A stretch of 64,000 nt of DNA, taken from positions 126,266,909 through 126,330,908 of the forward strand of contig JASCQW010000001.1 of assembly GCA_030264375.1 (NCBI GenBank). The letters are read 5' to 3'. Source of the DNA: Carcharhinus longimanus (lineage: Eukaryota). Under the pieces are notes generated by a model. That model did not search any database, was not told where the DNA came from, and saw only the letters and a program-made list of their open reading frames with translations. Position 1 is the first letter of the stretch. Every line of letters begins with the position of its first letter. Both the position numbers and the translations under genes were made by a program. Positions 12,781 to 24,508 of this stretch are shown piece after piece.

Positions 12781-14724
12781 CTGACTTTTGGAAACTTCCA
12801 TCTCTTGCAGCTATGAGGTGCATGTTACTTTTGTGTAATGCTTGATACACGTGAACTCAGCTTTTCTACCAATTTATACAGCCATCAGAAAGCACAGTGG
12901 TAATTTAAAAGAGCAAGCAGTAAAAAATGAACAAGTTATCTGCGACACAATGATATTGATTAATTACATATCCATTTTCAGAGGTTAAACAATTTTTCTG
13001 TACATAGTCATGGTACAGCTCATTGAGGATAGTGATCAAAAATTCCTTTGGTTACATCAGAGCACACTTAGCTGTGAAAGTTTTCTGGCCTATTGTGACT
13101 GCTTCTTAGCATATCTGTACCCATTATATCGGAAACATATGCAGACTCTGCACTTGCTTATCCAACTGACCTCTAGTACTTGGTTGTGCAACTCCTCAGA
13201 ATGATGCCTGGCCTTCTGCAAGTGGTTTACCTGCTGTTAAGAATCCTGCTGATGTTAGATGAAAGGGTATCACAAAATCTAGAAGGTAACTTGGAATACT
13301 GATTCTTAAGTATTTGTTTTGCTGTTTGTTATATTGTGATTAAAGATGTGTAAACCTATGAGGAAAGATTCTGCCTTGTAATCATTCAAATAAAAGAATG
13401 TTTATTAAGTTGTAAAAACACAAGAAAGGGTACAATACAAAACATAGGTGCAGTTAACTGCAATAATGGCTACACATACACACCTCATAAACAACTACAT
13501 ATCTACCTAAGCAGTTCATCATATGCTTTTCCTGTGATATAGAGCTAGCCCTGTGTTATCGCTGTAATCCTGTCTAACCAATTTACCTTAGAAGTCATGT
13601 TTTTAACATCTACCCATGGCATGCATCCTTATGTCTCCACTTTGAACTTGTATTTTCTGTAATTCTATACTCAGTTCTATGGTTTGTTGTTCTCCACCTC
13701 ACTTAAGTAGATATTTCTTTAGCCTTCTGCCAAGCTAATTTGTCCCAGGCAGCTGCAGTCTTACCAATTATCTTTTACCTAATTCTTAAATCATTATTTT
13801 ATTCAAGTTTTTTGACATGCCCAAATGGTTCCAGAATTTCCACCATGAATACTTATCAGTTTTTCATTGTCCAAGTGCTCTCTGACCCTCCTGTCCATTC
13901 CAATTTTTGATCTGCCAATTTATTAACCTATTTTGACACCAAGGAGCTCTAGCAAACTGAAGTTGATGGTTTTATTATTTATATTTATTATCAAGAATGG
14001 ATATATCTGAGCTAGATATGAGAAAAGGCGCGTCTAAAATTTATTAAAATGTTTTGTGCCAAACGTTAAAGATTTTCCTCCTACTAACTTAGGTATGTTC
14101 ACACCTGATCCTCCCAAGAGATGTTGTATGAACGCTCCAATTGTATTTGTTCCCCTGACATGTCTGATCTGTTTCCTATCTAATCTGAGCTAACAGTGAT
14201 TCTACTGTCTATGCTTAGCCTCTTCATATCATTCCTACTCAAGTACTCAATTTTGGGCCCTTTTAAGCTGGAAGACCCGATATAAAAACAAACCTTTCTT
14301 TCTTCTTTGTCAACTTCACCTTAATCCCTTCCAAATTTATTCCAAGCTCCCTCAGTATCCATCTATCTTGTAAATTACTCTGAGATTTTCTTCAACTGAC
14401 TTACATTATATTATATAATAACACATTATTGTCTCAGTATTTCCTCAGTAGCGATCATGTCTGAATCAAAAGATTGTGGATTCACATTTGACCACAGATG
14501 CAGGCTCATAGTTATTCTGCCAGTAAGAATGACATCAATCCAAAATTTCAATAATATATTAAAATACCCTGCACCAAATTTTAGATCTTCAAACAGATAT
14601 TGCTGATCAAAACTGAGTTAAGAGCTATGGGCTTTTTAAATGAGTTTACATTTTTGTTGCAGATTTAAAAATGACAATTGGGATCTCATAGAAACCGATA
14701 AAATTCCAATAGGTACTTAAACAG

Positions 14725-15010
14725 ATAAATTCTCTCTTCCACCTTCTTCCGTTGGAAAAAAGATACAAAAGTCTGAAGTCATGTACCAACCAACTTAAGA
14801 ACAGCTTCTTCCCTGATGCTTGAATGGACTCTTGAATGGACTTACCTTGCATTAAGTTGATCTTTCTCTACACCCTAGCTATGACCGTAACACTACATTC
14901 TGCACTCTCTCGTTTCCTTCTCTGTGAACGCTATAGTTTGTCTCTAAAGCAGCAAAAAAACAATACTTTTCATTGAATGCTAATACATGTAACAATAATA
15001 AATCAAATCA
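14725..15010 (+). mobile_element. Rex1/Babar-type LINE 3' end
   Basis: Translates LFHLLPLEKRYKSLKSCTNQLKNSFFP, followed by the 3' UTR and an aatcaaatca tail. Confidence 0.65.
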
Positions 15011-15014
15011 CTAG

Positions 15015-16213
15015 AATGGGGGATATACCAGACCACGAGGTTGCAGATTGTGGTTGAGTACAATTCTGCTATTGTTCGTGGCCACAGCACCTCGTGGATG
15101 CCCAGTCCTGAGCTGCCAGATCTGTTTGAAACATATCCCATTTAGCACTGTGGTACTGCCACACAACACAACAGAGGCTATCCTCAGTGTGAAGACGGAG
15201 CTTTGTCTCCACAAGGACTGTGCAGTGGTCACTCCCACTGATACTGTCATGGACATATGCATCTGTGGTAGGCAGGTTGGTGAGGATGAAGTTGAGTACC
15301 TTTTTCCCTTTTACAGGTTCCCCCACCACTTGCAGTCTCAGTCTAACAGCCAAGTCCTATAGAACCCAGCCAGTCCATTCTGTGTTGGTACTGCCAAGCC
15401 ACTCATGATGCTGGAAATTGAAGTCCTAGATCCAGAGTACATTCTCTGTCCTTGTCACCTTCAGTGCTTCCTACAAGTGTATCAATATGAAGGAGTACTG
15501 ATTCATCTGTTGAGGGGGACAATATTTGGTAATCAACCAGAGTTTCTTTGTCTGTTGTTTACCTGGTGCCATGAGACTCCATGGGATGTTAGGACTCCCA
15601 GGGCAACTCCCTCGTGACTGTGTACCACTGTGCCACCACCTCAGCTAGGCCTGTCCTGGCAGTGAATCAGAACATACACAGGAATGGTGATGTTAGTATC
15701 TGGGGTATTATCTTTAAGGTATCATTCTGTGAGTGTGACCACGTCAGGCTGTTGACTAATCTGTGAGACAGCTCTCCCAATTTTAGCACAATCCCCAGGT
15801 GTATTAAAGAGGACTTTTGAAGGGTTGATAGGGCTTACCTTTCCATTGTTATTTCTGGTGGTCCGTCCAATTTTTTTGTTCCTTTGTGTTTTTTTTCGTA
15901 GCAGTTGAATACAACGGAGTTGCTTGCAAGGCCATTTCAGAGGACATCTAAGATTCAACTGCATTGCTGTGGGTCTGGAGACATATTTGTATGTAGGCCA
16001 TGACAGATAATTTCCTTCATTAAAAGCAGATGTCTTTTTACAACAATCGACAATGGTTTCATGGTCATCATTTGATCTTTAATTCCAATTTTTTTTAAAA
16101 TTCAAGTTTCTCCATCTGCCTTAATGGAACTTGAACCCATGTCCCCAGAGTATTACTCTGGGTCTCTGGATTACTAGTCCAGTGACAATACCACTACGCC
16201 ACTGCCTCTCCTC
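15015..16213 (-). mobile_element. 5' part of a CR1-group LINE: tRNA-like head, short leader, endonuclease
   Basis: Endonuclease motifs QQPDVVTLTE and GKKVLNFILTN...ISGSDHCTV. Head tggcgtagtgg...ctggactagtaatccag...ggttcaag lies at 16213-16125. Confidence 0.8.
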
Positions 16214-16499
16214 AACCTTCTGTACCATTCCTACTGGAAAAGTGTTTATCCAGAATCAGCTTACAGATTGCCGACCTCTGTGAAAGAATGCACCTTCGGA
16301 CTTTGATCTTGGACTCTGTACTTGCATGAAACAATTCTTGGTGGTCTTTGCCCTGTAAATCTTTCTTTCTCTATCCTGTTTTATTGATTGAGGGCCACAT
16401 GTGCAAATAAACTAATCTTTTGAGTTTATCCTATCTTACGTTTGCTGGGGTGGGGTGATGCCATTAATAGAAAAATGGATCACACCAGAACTGAGGGGT

Positions 16500-17640
16500 T
16501 AGGAAACATGCCACTGCTTATAAAACAGGAAGTAAATCAAACAATTTATAGATGGTTGGTGGAGAGGAGATTTCAAGACTGATTAAATTAACCCACCTCT
16601 TCTATACAAAATGGAGAATAAATAAGTATTGGAGCAAAGGAGGACATTCAGCTAGGGAAGCGATTGTTTCTCTGCAAACTAGCCTTGAAGTGAAAAGATA
16701 AAGGTAGTGTGTCGTGGGTTACACAGGAAGTAAAAGTTTAAATAAACCAGGAAAGCAGAGGCTTATGAAAGCTGGGAGCAAGATTCTATTTAAAAACCAG
16801 AGAATTATGGAAAGTACTGGAGGGAATTGAAAAAACTAATAATGGGAGGCAAAAAGAAGAACATGAAAAGATAATCCGGCAAATGTTGTAAGGTTTAATT
16901 TAAACATCTAAAACCCTAAACAGTTAGCTGAGGAAAAAGTTAAGCCTATTAAGGCTTTGTGTGGGGAAATTAAACTTGACTGAAGTATTAAAGGGTACTT
17001 TGCATCTGACTTCATAAGGAAGGGGAGGGGAAACTTATGGATCGAATACTATATACAGAAAACATGTTGAAAGATTATCGCTGCTGAAAGTTGGCAAGTG
17101 ATCTGATTTGGAGGAAATGCATCCCAAATTGCTGACAAAAGCAGAAATATTGGAGACATTGGTCTTTGAATACAGGGATATTATCAGCAGGCAGAAAGGC
17201 TGCTAAAATCTTCTGTCACTATTCAAGAAAAAGGAGTGAAGTGTAGGCTAATCCAACACTGGCTGTGGGGAAGGTTTTGAAAACCATGGACAAAATAAAC
17301 TTTCCTTTGGAAAGGTTTTGAGTTAATAAAGAATGGAGATTAAGACAAATTACAACTGACTAACTTGGTTTAATTCTTTGAGGTGACAGAGAAAGTCGAT
17401 CAAGGTAACACAATAGATGCATGTGTGGATCTTTGGAAGGCATTCATGATGTTTATTAAGAAGGTGAGAACTTATGAATGAATGGGAAAATGACAGTATA
17501 AATGCAGAATTGACAGGAAGCAGAACGATGTGTGTTTTCAGATTGGGTGATGGTCTAAAGTGATGTTCTCCAAGGATCAGTTTTGGGCCCATTACTCTTG
17601 TTGATTTTTATAAACACCCAAAACTAGAATGTAGATAATC
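16500..17640 (+). mobile_element. Old CR1 LINE relic (RT region)
   Basis: gatctttggaaggcattc (DxxKAF) and DVLQGSVLGPLLLLIFIN at about 17560-17615. Confidence 0.7.
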
Positions 17641-18554
17641 AGTCATTTTCAGTACAACATAAACCATCCTTTCTTCTATGGAACCTTGCTGTTATCCAGT
17701 TTATTTTGGAAAGCCTGAAGCCCCAAAGAACCTTAGCAATTTTATTGTTAACCCTTTACTCTCCAAGATATGCAGCAAGAAACCCAGCATATCTCAATTT
17801 TGCTGATGAGCAAAAGGAATCTAATGCACAATATGTGAGCAAGATTGACTGGGCACCAATGCTTTGCAACAATTATAACGGGATTGAAGCAGAGACCATT
17901 GTTTTGTTTCACTGAGTCCATATTTGTCTGGTGCCCTTGTATTCCCTAGTCAGCATTCCACTCCATATTACATATCTAGTGCATCTTCTCTGAATGCCAA
18001 GAAATCAGGAATAACTCTAATACATAATGAGTAACTGGTAGCCCTCGTTGGATTCTGGCACCAGACAGTATGACTGTAATGCTCTCTGTAAATCATTAAA
18101 GATGCATGTTAAATGCCAAAACAATTTACAAATCTACCTCATGAGGCCATCTCATAATTTGCAGGCCACTTTATCGCCCCAACATTTCACCTAAGTTATG
18201 TACTTTCTTTTGATCAATCCCTTCAGTATTAAGCTTGAATTGTGGAATATTTTCATAATATCTTTCCTGTAATCATAGATACTGATTCTCAAATTCAGCA
18301 AGATGGCAGTGCTGTTCATCTCTTAACACAGTCCAAAGCTGAAATAGTTACTGAACACAAATGTGATGTAATGAAAGTCTAAGTTAATTGAAGCTTTGGG
18401 TTTGGATGTGATGATTCCAAAATTCAGCTCCAGTATATGCAAGGCTTGCTGTATTGGAAGCAAGCTATCACAGGGAATTAATGTAATGAGGTTCTGTGGT
18501 TGGATACTAATAGCCCTGTGCACAGTATTTTCACATTTGGTTCCTAGTTTTGGG

Positions 18555-18880
18555 CCCCACTCCAGAGCCTTGAGAAATTAAATAGTACTGATGAAGTGCA
18601 GCACTCTGAGTTGCCACCTTTTGCCGGAGACTTTAAGTGAAGTTGCTCTGCTATTTCAACTGAATGGAAAAATTGTAAAAACGATTAAAAGAAGAGCAGG
18701 GAAGTTTTGGCTCAAATTTACCTCTCAACAGCATTGATAATGTAAATCATTATCACATTGTTTTTGGGAGCTTACTGTGCACAAATTGGTTGCAATATTT
18801 CTTAAATTTCAGCATTTACTGCATTTCAAAAATACTTAATTTTCTGTAAATCACTGCCACATGTCCAAGGTTGTGAAAGT
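18555..18880 (+). mobile_element. Deu-domain SINE (SacSINE1/AmnSINE1-like), decayed
   Basis: gaagagcagggaag...cattatcacattg...tgggagcttactgtgcacaaattggttgc...ggttgtgaaag follows the Deu core and tail. Confidence 0.65.
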
Positions 18881-19690
18881 TTTTTTATTTATTCATGGAA
18901 TGTGGGCATTGCTGGATAGGCCTTAATTTATTTACTATCCCTTGTTATCCTTGAGAAGGTTGTGGTAAGCTGCCTTCTTGACCTGCTGCAGTCCAAGTGG
19001 TGTAGGTATCTTGTGGTGCAGGGAGGGAGTTCCAGGATTTTGACCCAATGACAGTGAAGGAATGGCAAGAAATATCTAAATCAGGATGGGTGAGTAACTT
19101 GGAGGGGAACTTCCAGGTAGTGGTGATTCTATATGTCTGCCAGCATTGTCCACCTAAATGGTTGGAGTCGTGAGTTTGGAAGGTGCTGTCTAATGAGTCC
19201 TGGTGAGTTCTTGCAATGCTTCTTGTAGATGGTACCCACTGCTGCCACTGGTGATAGAGGGAATGAATGTTTGTGGATGGGGTGCCAGTCAACTGGACTG
19301 CTTTTATCCTGAATGGTGTTGAGCTTCTTGAGTGTTGTTGGAGCTGCAGTTATTTAGGCAAATGGAGAGTATTCCATCACACTCTTGAATTGTGCCTTGT
19401 GGCTAGTGGACAGGCTTTAGGAGAATTATTTGCTACAGGATTTCTAGCCTCTGACCTGCTCATGTACCTCTTTATATGGCTCATCCAGTTCAGTTCCTGG
19501 TCAATTGTAACCCCAGGATTTTGATCTTGGGAATTTGTTGATGGTAATGTCATTGAATGTCAAGAGGCTATGATTAGATTCTCTTTTGTTGGAGGTGGTC
19601 ATTATTTAGCATTTGTGTGGTGCAAATGTTACTTGCCACTTGTCAGCCCAAGCATGGAAATTGTTTCAGTCTTGCTGTGCTTGGATGTGT
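18881..19690 (-). mobile_element. 3' end of a CR1-group LINE (ORF2 C-terminus and tail)
   Basis: ORF 18945-19292 contains NIHSLYH...SFTVIGSKSWNSLP. The tail is shared with 3630-3745, 9355-9430 and 29118-29185. Confidence 0.75.
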
Positions 19691-19841
19691 ACTATTTCTA
19701 TTTAAACTCCAGTCTTTCATTGATGGATGTAGTTTACAGTGCAGCTGATAATTTTTTTCTATGCCATTTCATGACAAAAGTTGTCCAAAACTAGCCCACA
19801 AATTATTGTTTTGTCTCCTGGACCAAGGCACGGGACATTAT

Positions 19842-19968
19842 GAGCGGGACTTTATAGCCTCGCGCGTCCGGGAACCGTAAAATCCTATCCCAGGTCAATG
19901 GACCTTTCCATTGTCTGCCCCTCGCCTGCTCCGATTCCTGTGGTGGGCGGGATGGTGAAATTCCAGCC
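19842..19968 (+). mobile_element. MITE copy
   Basis: gagcgggactttat...gtaaaatcctatcccaggtcaatggacctttcc...gaaattccagcc; same family as 11947. Confidence 0.7.
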
Positions 19969-20677
19969 TACAAGTGCATGTATGAAAGGCCCTTTACCAT
20001 GATAACATGCTGACTTGATTAAGTATATAAAGCTATTCCTTCACCTGTCTGAAAGTCCACGAGTGAGATTTTGGGGATCAGTGGTCTCAATTAAGTATTG
20101 GATTGGTAATTTAAAATTTGCTTTATCTACATAGTTTGCATGACAGTGATCTACTTTTGTGATTTATTTTAATTAAAAAATAATAAAACAACAGTTATAA
20201 AAAGTGAGAGAACATTTAAAATAAATGGTGTGTCATTTATTTCTGGTAAACCAATGCTGTAAAAAATGTTGATACTAATTAATTTAGGAAGTGAAAGCTT
20301 GAAGGACATACGCGAATTGCATGTTGCTTTTGGCCTTTTTCACCCATGTTTTGTCAGATATGACATTTAGTCTGGCTGTTTTATAATAATGGAATTACTA
20401 GGAACTCACAACCCATATTATTAAAGTAAGAATTCCCTTCCTGTTCTTTTTTTCAGTCTCAAGACACTGAATCATTCGGACTAACTGTCTTATGTCTTGC
20501 AATGGCGTTCAATCTTAGTGTGATCTTAGTCAATGAGATGAGATGTAGATTAGCTCTTTATAATGGGGAGATCGTTCGTGAGCTCGATCTCACTGTAATC
20601 ACTAAGTGTCAATGGACAATGTTCAATAACAGAAACCCCATTTGGCCACAAGTAGCCCAACTAGATGTAAAGAATAA

Positions 20678-20812
20678 TAGCAAATTAATGCAGATGTTGG
20701 AATCTGAAACAAAAACAGAAAATGCTGGAAAATCTCAGCAGGTCTGACAGCTTCTGTGGATAGAGAATAGAGCCAACGTTTTGAGTCTGGGTGACCCTTC
20801 ATCAGAGCTGAA
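20678..20812 (-). mobile_element. Penelope-like terminal repeat with a degenerate minimal hammerhead motif
   Basis: Reverse complement reads agctCTGATGAagggtcacccagactcAAAAcgttggct, followed by a pyrimidine-rich tail. Confidence 0.65.
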
Positions 20813-21138
20813 GACAAAGAAAATAGTTCAAGCTTTATACTATGATTCCTGCCTTAGTTACCTCTGGATTCAAACAAACCAATGCTCCCCGGTGCAATTC
20901 TTCCACATTCTACCTTCAGTAGACTTAAGGTCATCTAAGGCACTGCTGCCATGTCTTAACTCACAGCAAGTCCTATTCCCTTACCCTTGTGCTTCCTGAA
21001 TTAATATTGCCTTATGTGGCTCGGTTATAATTTGTATTGTAATGTTCTTTATAGAGTTTTATTTTAACTTATATAAATATAAGCTATTGTTTTGCATGGA
21101 ATTGGTTCATTTTAAGCTCAGTGACTGTTGTTATATAG

Positions 21139-21195
21139 ACAAAATTAATATTTGATAATCCCTATCTCACGGAGAGGCAGACATCTCAGAGGAAG
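21139..21195 (+). CDS. Candidate exon B: TKLIFDNPYLTERQTSQRK
   Basis: Weak acceptor gttgttatatag, strong donor AAG|gtaaga. 57 nt, phase 0-0, compatible with exons A and C. Confidence 0.45.
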
Positions 21196-21479
21196 GTAAG
21201 AGTCCATTGAACANNNNNNNNNNNNNNNNNNNNNNNNNNNNNNNNNNNNNNNNNNNNNNNNNNNNNNNNNNNNNNNNNNNNNNNNNNNNNNNNNNNNNNN
21301 NNNNNNNNNNNNNCAGGACAATCAAACAATGTAGAGTCATCTCATCTCAAATGAAGACTTTGAAAGAAGAGTTGTTCAGCGATCATAAAGCCATCATGAT
21401 ACTGTTGATATCAACTTCACTTGGCTGCCCACACGGTTATTGACTATGTGATGAGTGGTATCACTGACTGGTTGTCTTC

Positions 21480-22330
21480 CTTCCTCAGATAAACCATCCT
21501 CTAGAGTCCACTGAGACTCCCAGGATCCTTCATTGATGCCTAAGGAGGTGCTACTCACAGATACACCATGTCATGTCTTCTCTTGCAACTAGGCATTAAT
21601 GCAGATACAAGCATGTTGGGCTTTAGGTCAGATGGTAGTACACTGTGGGGTGTGCACAGCACACTCGTGACCTGGTGGAGACAGAGAAACATGCAGGACG
21701 ATGCCTATGGACTGGCCTATCAGGCTGCAGATGCTGGATGTCTGAGGGGATGCAGGGGAAGATGGGAAGATCTGGCAGAGTTCCCAAAGGTCTGGATGCC
21801 TTGGTCTCTGTCATGGAAGGATACATGAGGAGCCTGAGCACTGTGTTGACCCTGAACACTGAGCACACAAGCTCCTCCATTGAAAGGGTGGCGACTCTTA
21901 TGGAGAGGCAGTTCCATGAGACGAATCTGGGGTATCTCGGGTCATGCTCGGATCTGCAAGCCCAGTAGTGACATCAGGAGGATGCTGTCTATGTGAGAGA
22001 TGGTTGAGGCACCTAATCTCTCTGCTAGGTTTCCGTCCATCAGAAGTGAGCAGGGAGGTGCAGATGTGCCTTGCGCTGGTGGACAAGCTGCCTACTGTCT
22101 GTGTGCTTCTCTCTTGATGCTCTGGTTGAAGTTGGCAGCTCCTCTGGTATCTTTAGAGAGTGCAACAACTGAGGAGTGCTGGTCATACCCTCCCAGGCAG
22201 AGCCTGCTTAGTTCCACTGTCCAGAAGATGACCATCAGGGCCATCTGCAGAGGAGTCAGCAATCTGTTTCTAGTGCTGCTGCAAAAGATGGGAGATGTAG
22301 TTTGGGATGGAAAGATGCTAGTACATAACG
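21480..22330 (+). pseudogene. Probable C-terminal part of the Harbinger partner gene, decayed
   Basis: ORF 21645-21968 ...LDALVSVMEGYMRSLSTV...SSSIERVATLMERQF is coiled-coil-like and lies tail-to-tail with the transposase. Confidence 0.5.
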
Positions 22331-22899
22331 TATCTGTAAGGCTTGGTGAGCACAGGATGGTGTTTCCATGGGTGACATTTGTTCTTTCATCAATGCTATA
22401 TATTGTTTATGTGTAACCATTTTATGTTTCATTCCTTGTTTGGATTTCTGATTAAAAATATGAATGAAGATTTTCTTTCATTATCCTAAATGTCCTTCAT
22501 GTTTTCCATAGGTACAGGCTTCTTCAATGCCCCATGAGTTTCTCAGAAGGGATGCATCATGGTTGTGTGGGGAGACTGGGGTCATGGCATTGTATTGTAA
22601 GAAATGTGTGTGAAGAATGCCACATTTCCTTCCAATTGAAATGGAAGGAAAGCCTCAGCAGCCTAGCTGCTAAGGAGCATTGAATCAATGCCTCCTTGGT
22701 GTCTCTGCTTCCTTAAAGGTTCATCATGTCTGTTTCGTATTAATATTGATTCTTGGTAGCTGCTCTAAGCACTGTGCATTAAGATATTCATGTATTCGTC
22801 AGAAGTTACGTCACAGGTCACTAGCATGGGAAAATGCCAGAGTGAAGAAGCAGCCATGTAGTGAACACCACCCCATAAATAAAGCTTTGTTATTCTTAA

Positions 22900-24330
22900 C
22901 CTTCCGTCAATTTTCAAATATAAAACAATGTCTGCCGCCTTTTCCTCATCTTGTGTCGGCCCAGCCTGCTCATCAGATCCATTTGTAGTCTTCCTCCAAG
23001 GAGATGCTTTGGTATCCTCATCCTGCAGTGGATCTGTCCTTATCAGTGCCAGGTTGTGCAGAGTGCAATAGACCACAACAAAAAATGACACTTTCTCTTG
23101 GGAGGATGTTGCAGGTCACCTCTGGAATGGTTCAGGCTGTGGAATCTCACCTTCAGTTGCCTTATTGTCCTCTCAATCATCACCCATTTGGAGCCATGAT
23201 ACGGCATATTCCTCTGTTTTGCCTCTGTCCTATGGTGTCAGAATGGCGCCATGAACGAATATCCTTTTGTCACCCTGCAGCCAACCATCCAGCAGAGCTG
23301 GCGTCATGAGAAACCTTGGCACCTGGGAGTTTCTCATGGGAATTGCCTTGGTACTCTACACATGAAGAATCTGGGTCACACACTGTCTACATGTTCGTGG
23401 ATTGGTAACCCTTCTTATTCACAAAGGCACCCAGCTGACCTGCTGGAGTCTTGATGGCCACATAAGTTCAGTCTATGGCACCCTGAATGCAGGGGAACAT
23501 AGCAATAGCTTGTTTAACTTGGCTGGTTTGGCCCGTATGTAATGAATGAATGTTCGGAGTGAACAGTGACTGTCAACACAGCGTCAGTTGTGCATTGCGC
23601 AGCTATCAACAACAGATTGGAGCACTCCATGCAGATCCTGTTATAGGTCCCTGGTATGATCTGGATGCATAAAAATTGAAGGCTTGTGACTTCCAGAACA
23701 ACTGGAATTGGGTACCCAACACACATTTGGATCTCCGACTCAACCGTATAGCGTAATGATGTCCCTAGAAAGGTGGAGCCTCCTGCAAGACTGGACCTCA
23801 CAGATGCTGAGGTAGTTGGATGATGCCTGTGCACTCTGACAGCAAGATAGTGGCGTCTTCTGTGGTGCTGTCCTTTTGTACTCCCTGCTGACCCTGCACC
23901 CCTTGTGTCTGTGTCCTTTCTCCCACAGGTTTCTCCCTGCAATGCTGCCTGTGGACATATGGTCTCCTCTCCCTTTGGCTCTTCCCTTCCTTCTCTGCCC
24001 CAAGCAAACTATCTGTTGAAATGCAGGTAGCACTGCCCCAAAGGCTGCAATGACAGAAATGCTCCAACAGAGTTGACAAAATGAAATCTCCTCACAGAAC
24101 AAGGCTAACAAAGCAAATACTTGAGAAAAAAATGGAGGAAAAAGGTCTGAAATTTCAAGCCTAAAGCAACAGCAAAGTCACAACTGAGTTCCAACCAACT
24201 CATAGGCAATGCTCCACCCTTCTTTTACCTCGCCCTTAGATGAGAAAAACAAAAAAATGGGATGGGCCCCCTGCCCATGTTGCCCATGCGGTGCCTAAGT
24301 ATCACCCAAGCAATGTAAAATTCCCGTCAG
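22900..24330 (-). mobile_element. PIF/Harbinger transposase pseudogene (HARBI1-like DDE) with terminal sequence
   Basis: Reverse complement gives FPCIQGAID*TYVAIK (about 23500-23450), FVNKKGY, GDK, IERTIRQLKVRFHSL and VVYCTLHNLA. TIR-like gtaaaattcccgtc at 24315-24328. Confidence 0.9.
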
Positions 24331-24433
24331 TTGNNNNNNNNNNNNNNNNNNNNNNNNNNNNNNNNNNNNNNNNNNNNNNNNNNNNNNNNNNNNNNNNNNN
24401 NNNNNNNNNNNNNNNNNNNNNNNNNNNNNNNNN

Positions 24434-24508
24434 ATGCGGCGGCGCGGGCTCGTTGGGCCGAAGGGCCTGTTTCCCGTGCTGGGTTGTTCTTTGTTCTTTG
24501 TTCTTTGA
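24434..24508 (+). mobile_element. CpG-rich CR1-type 3' tail next to a gap
   Basis: gggctcgttgggccgaagggcctgtttcc followed by (ttgttct)3. Confidence 0.65.

Noticed and set aside
20457-20577. Possible exon SQDTESFGLTVLCLAMAF... with a strong acceptor
   Set aside because: The best donor (TTC|gtgagc) gives phase 1, which does not fit exon B. Left out, but worth checking with RNA-seq.
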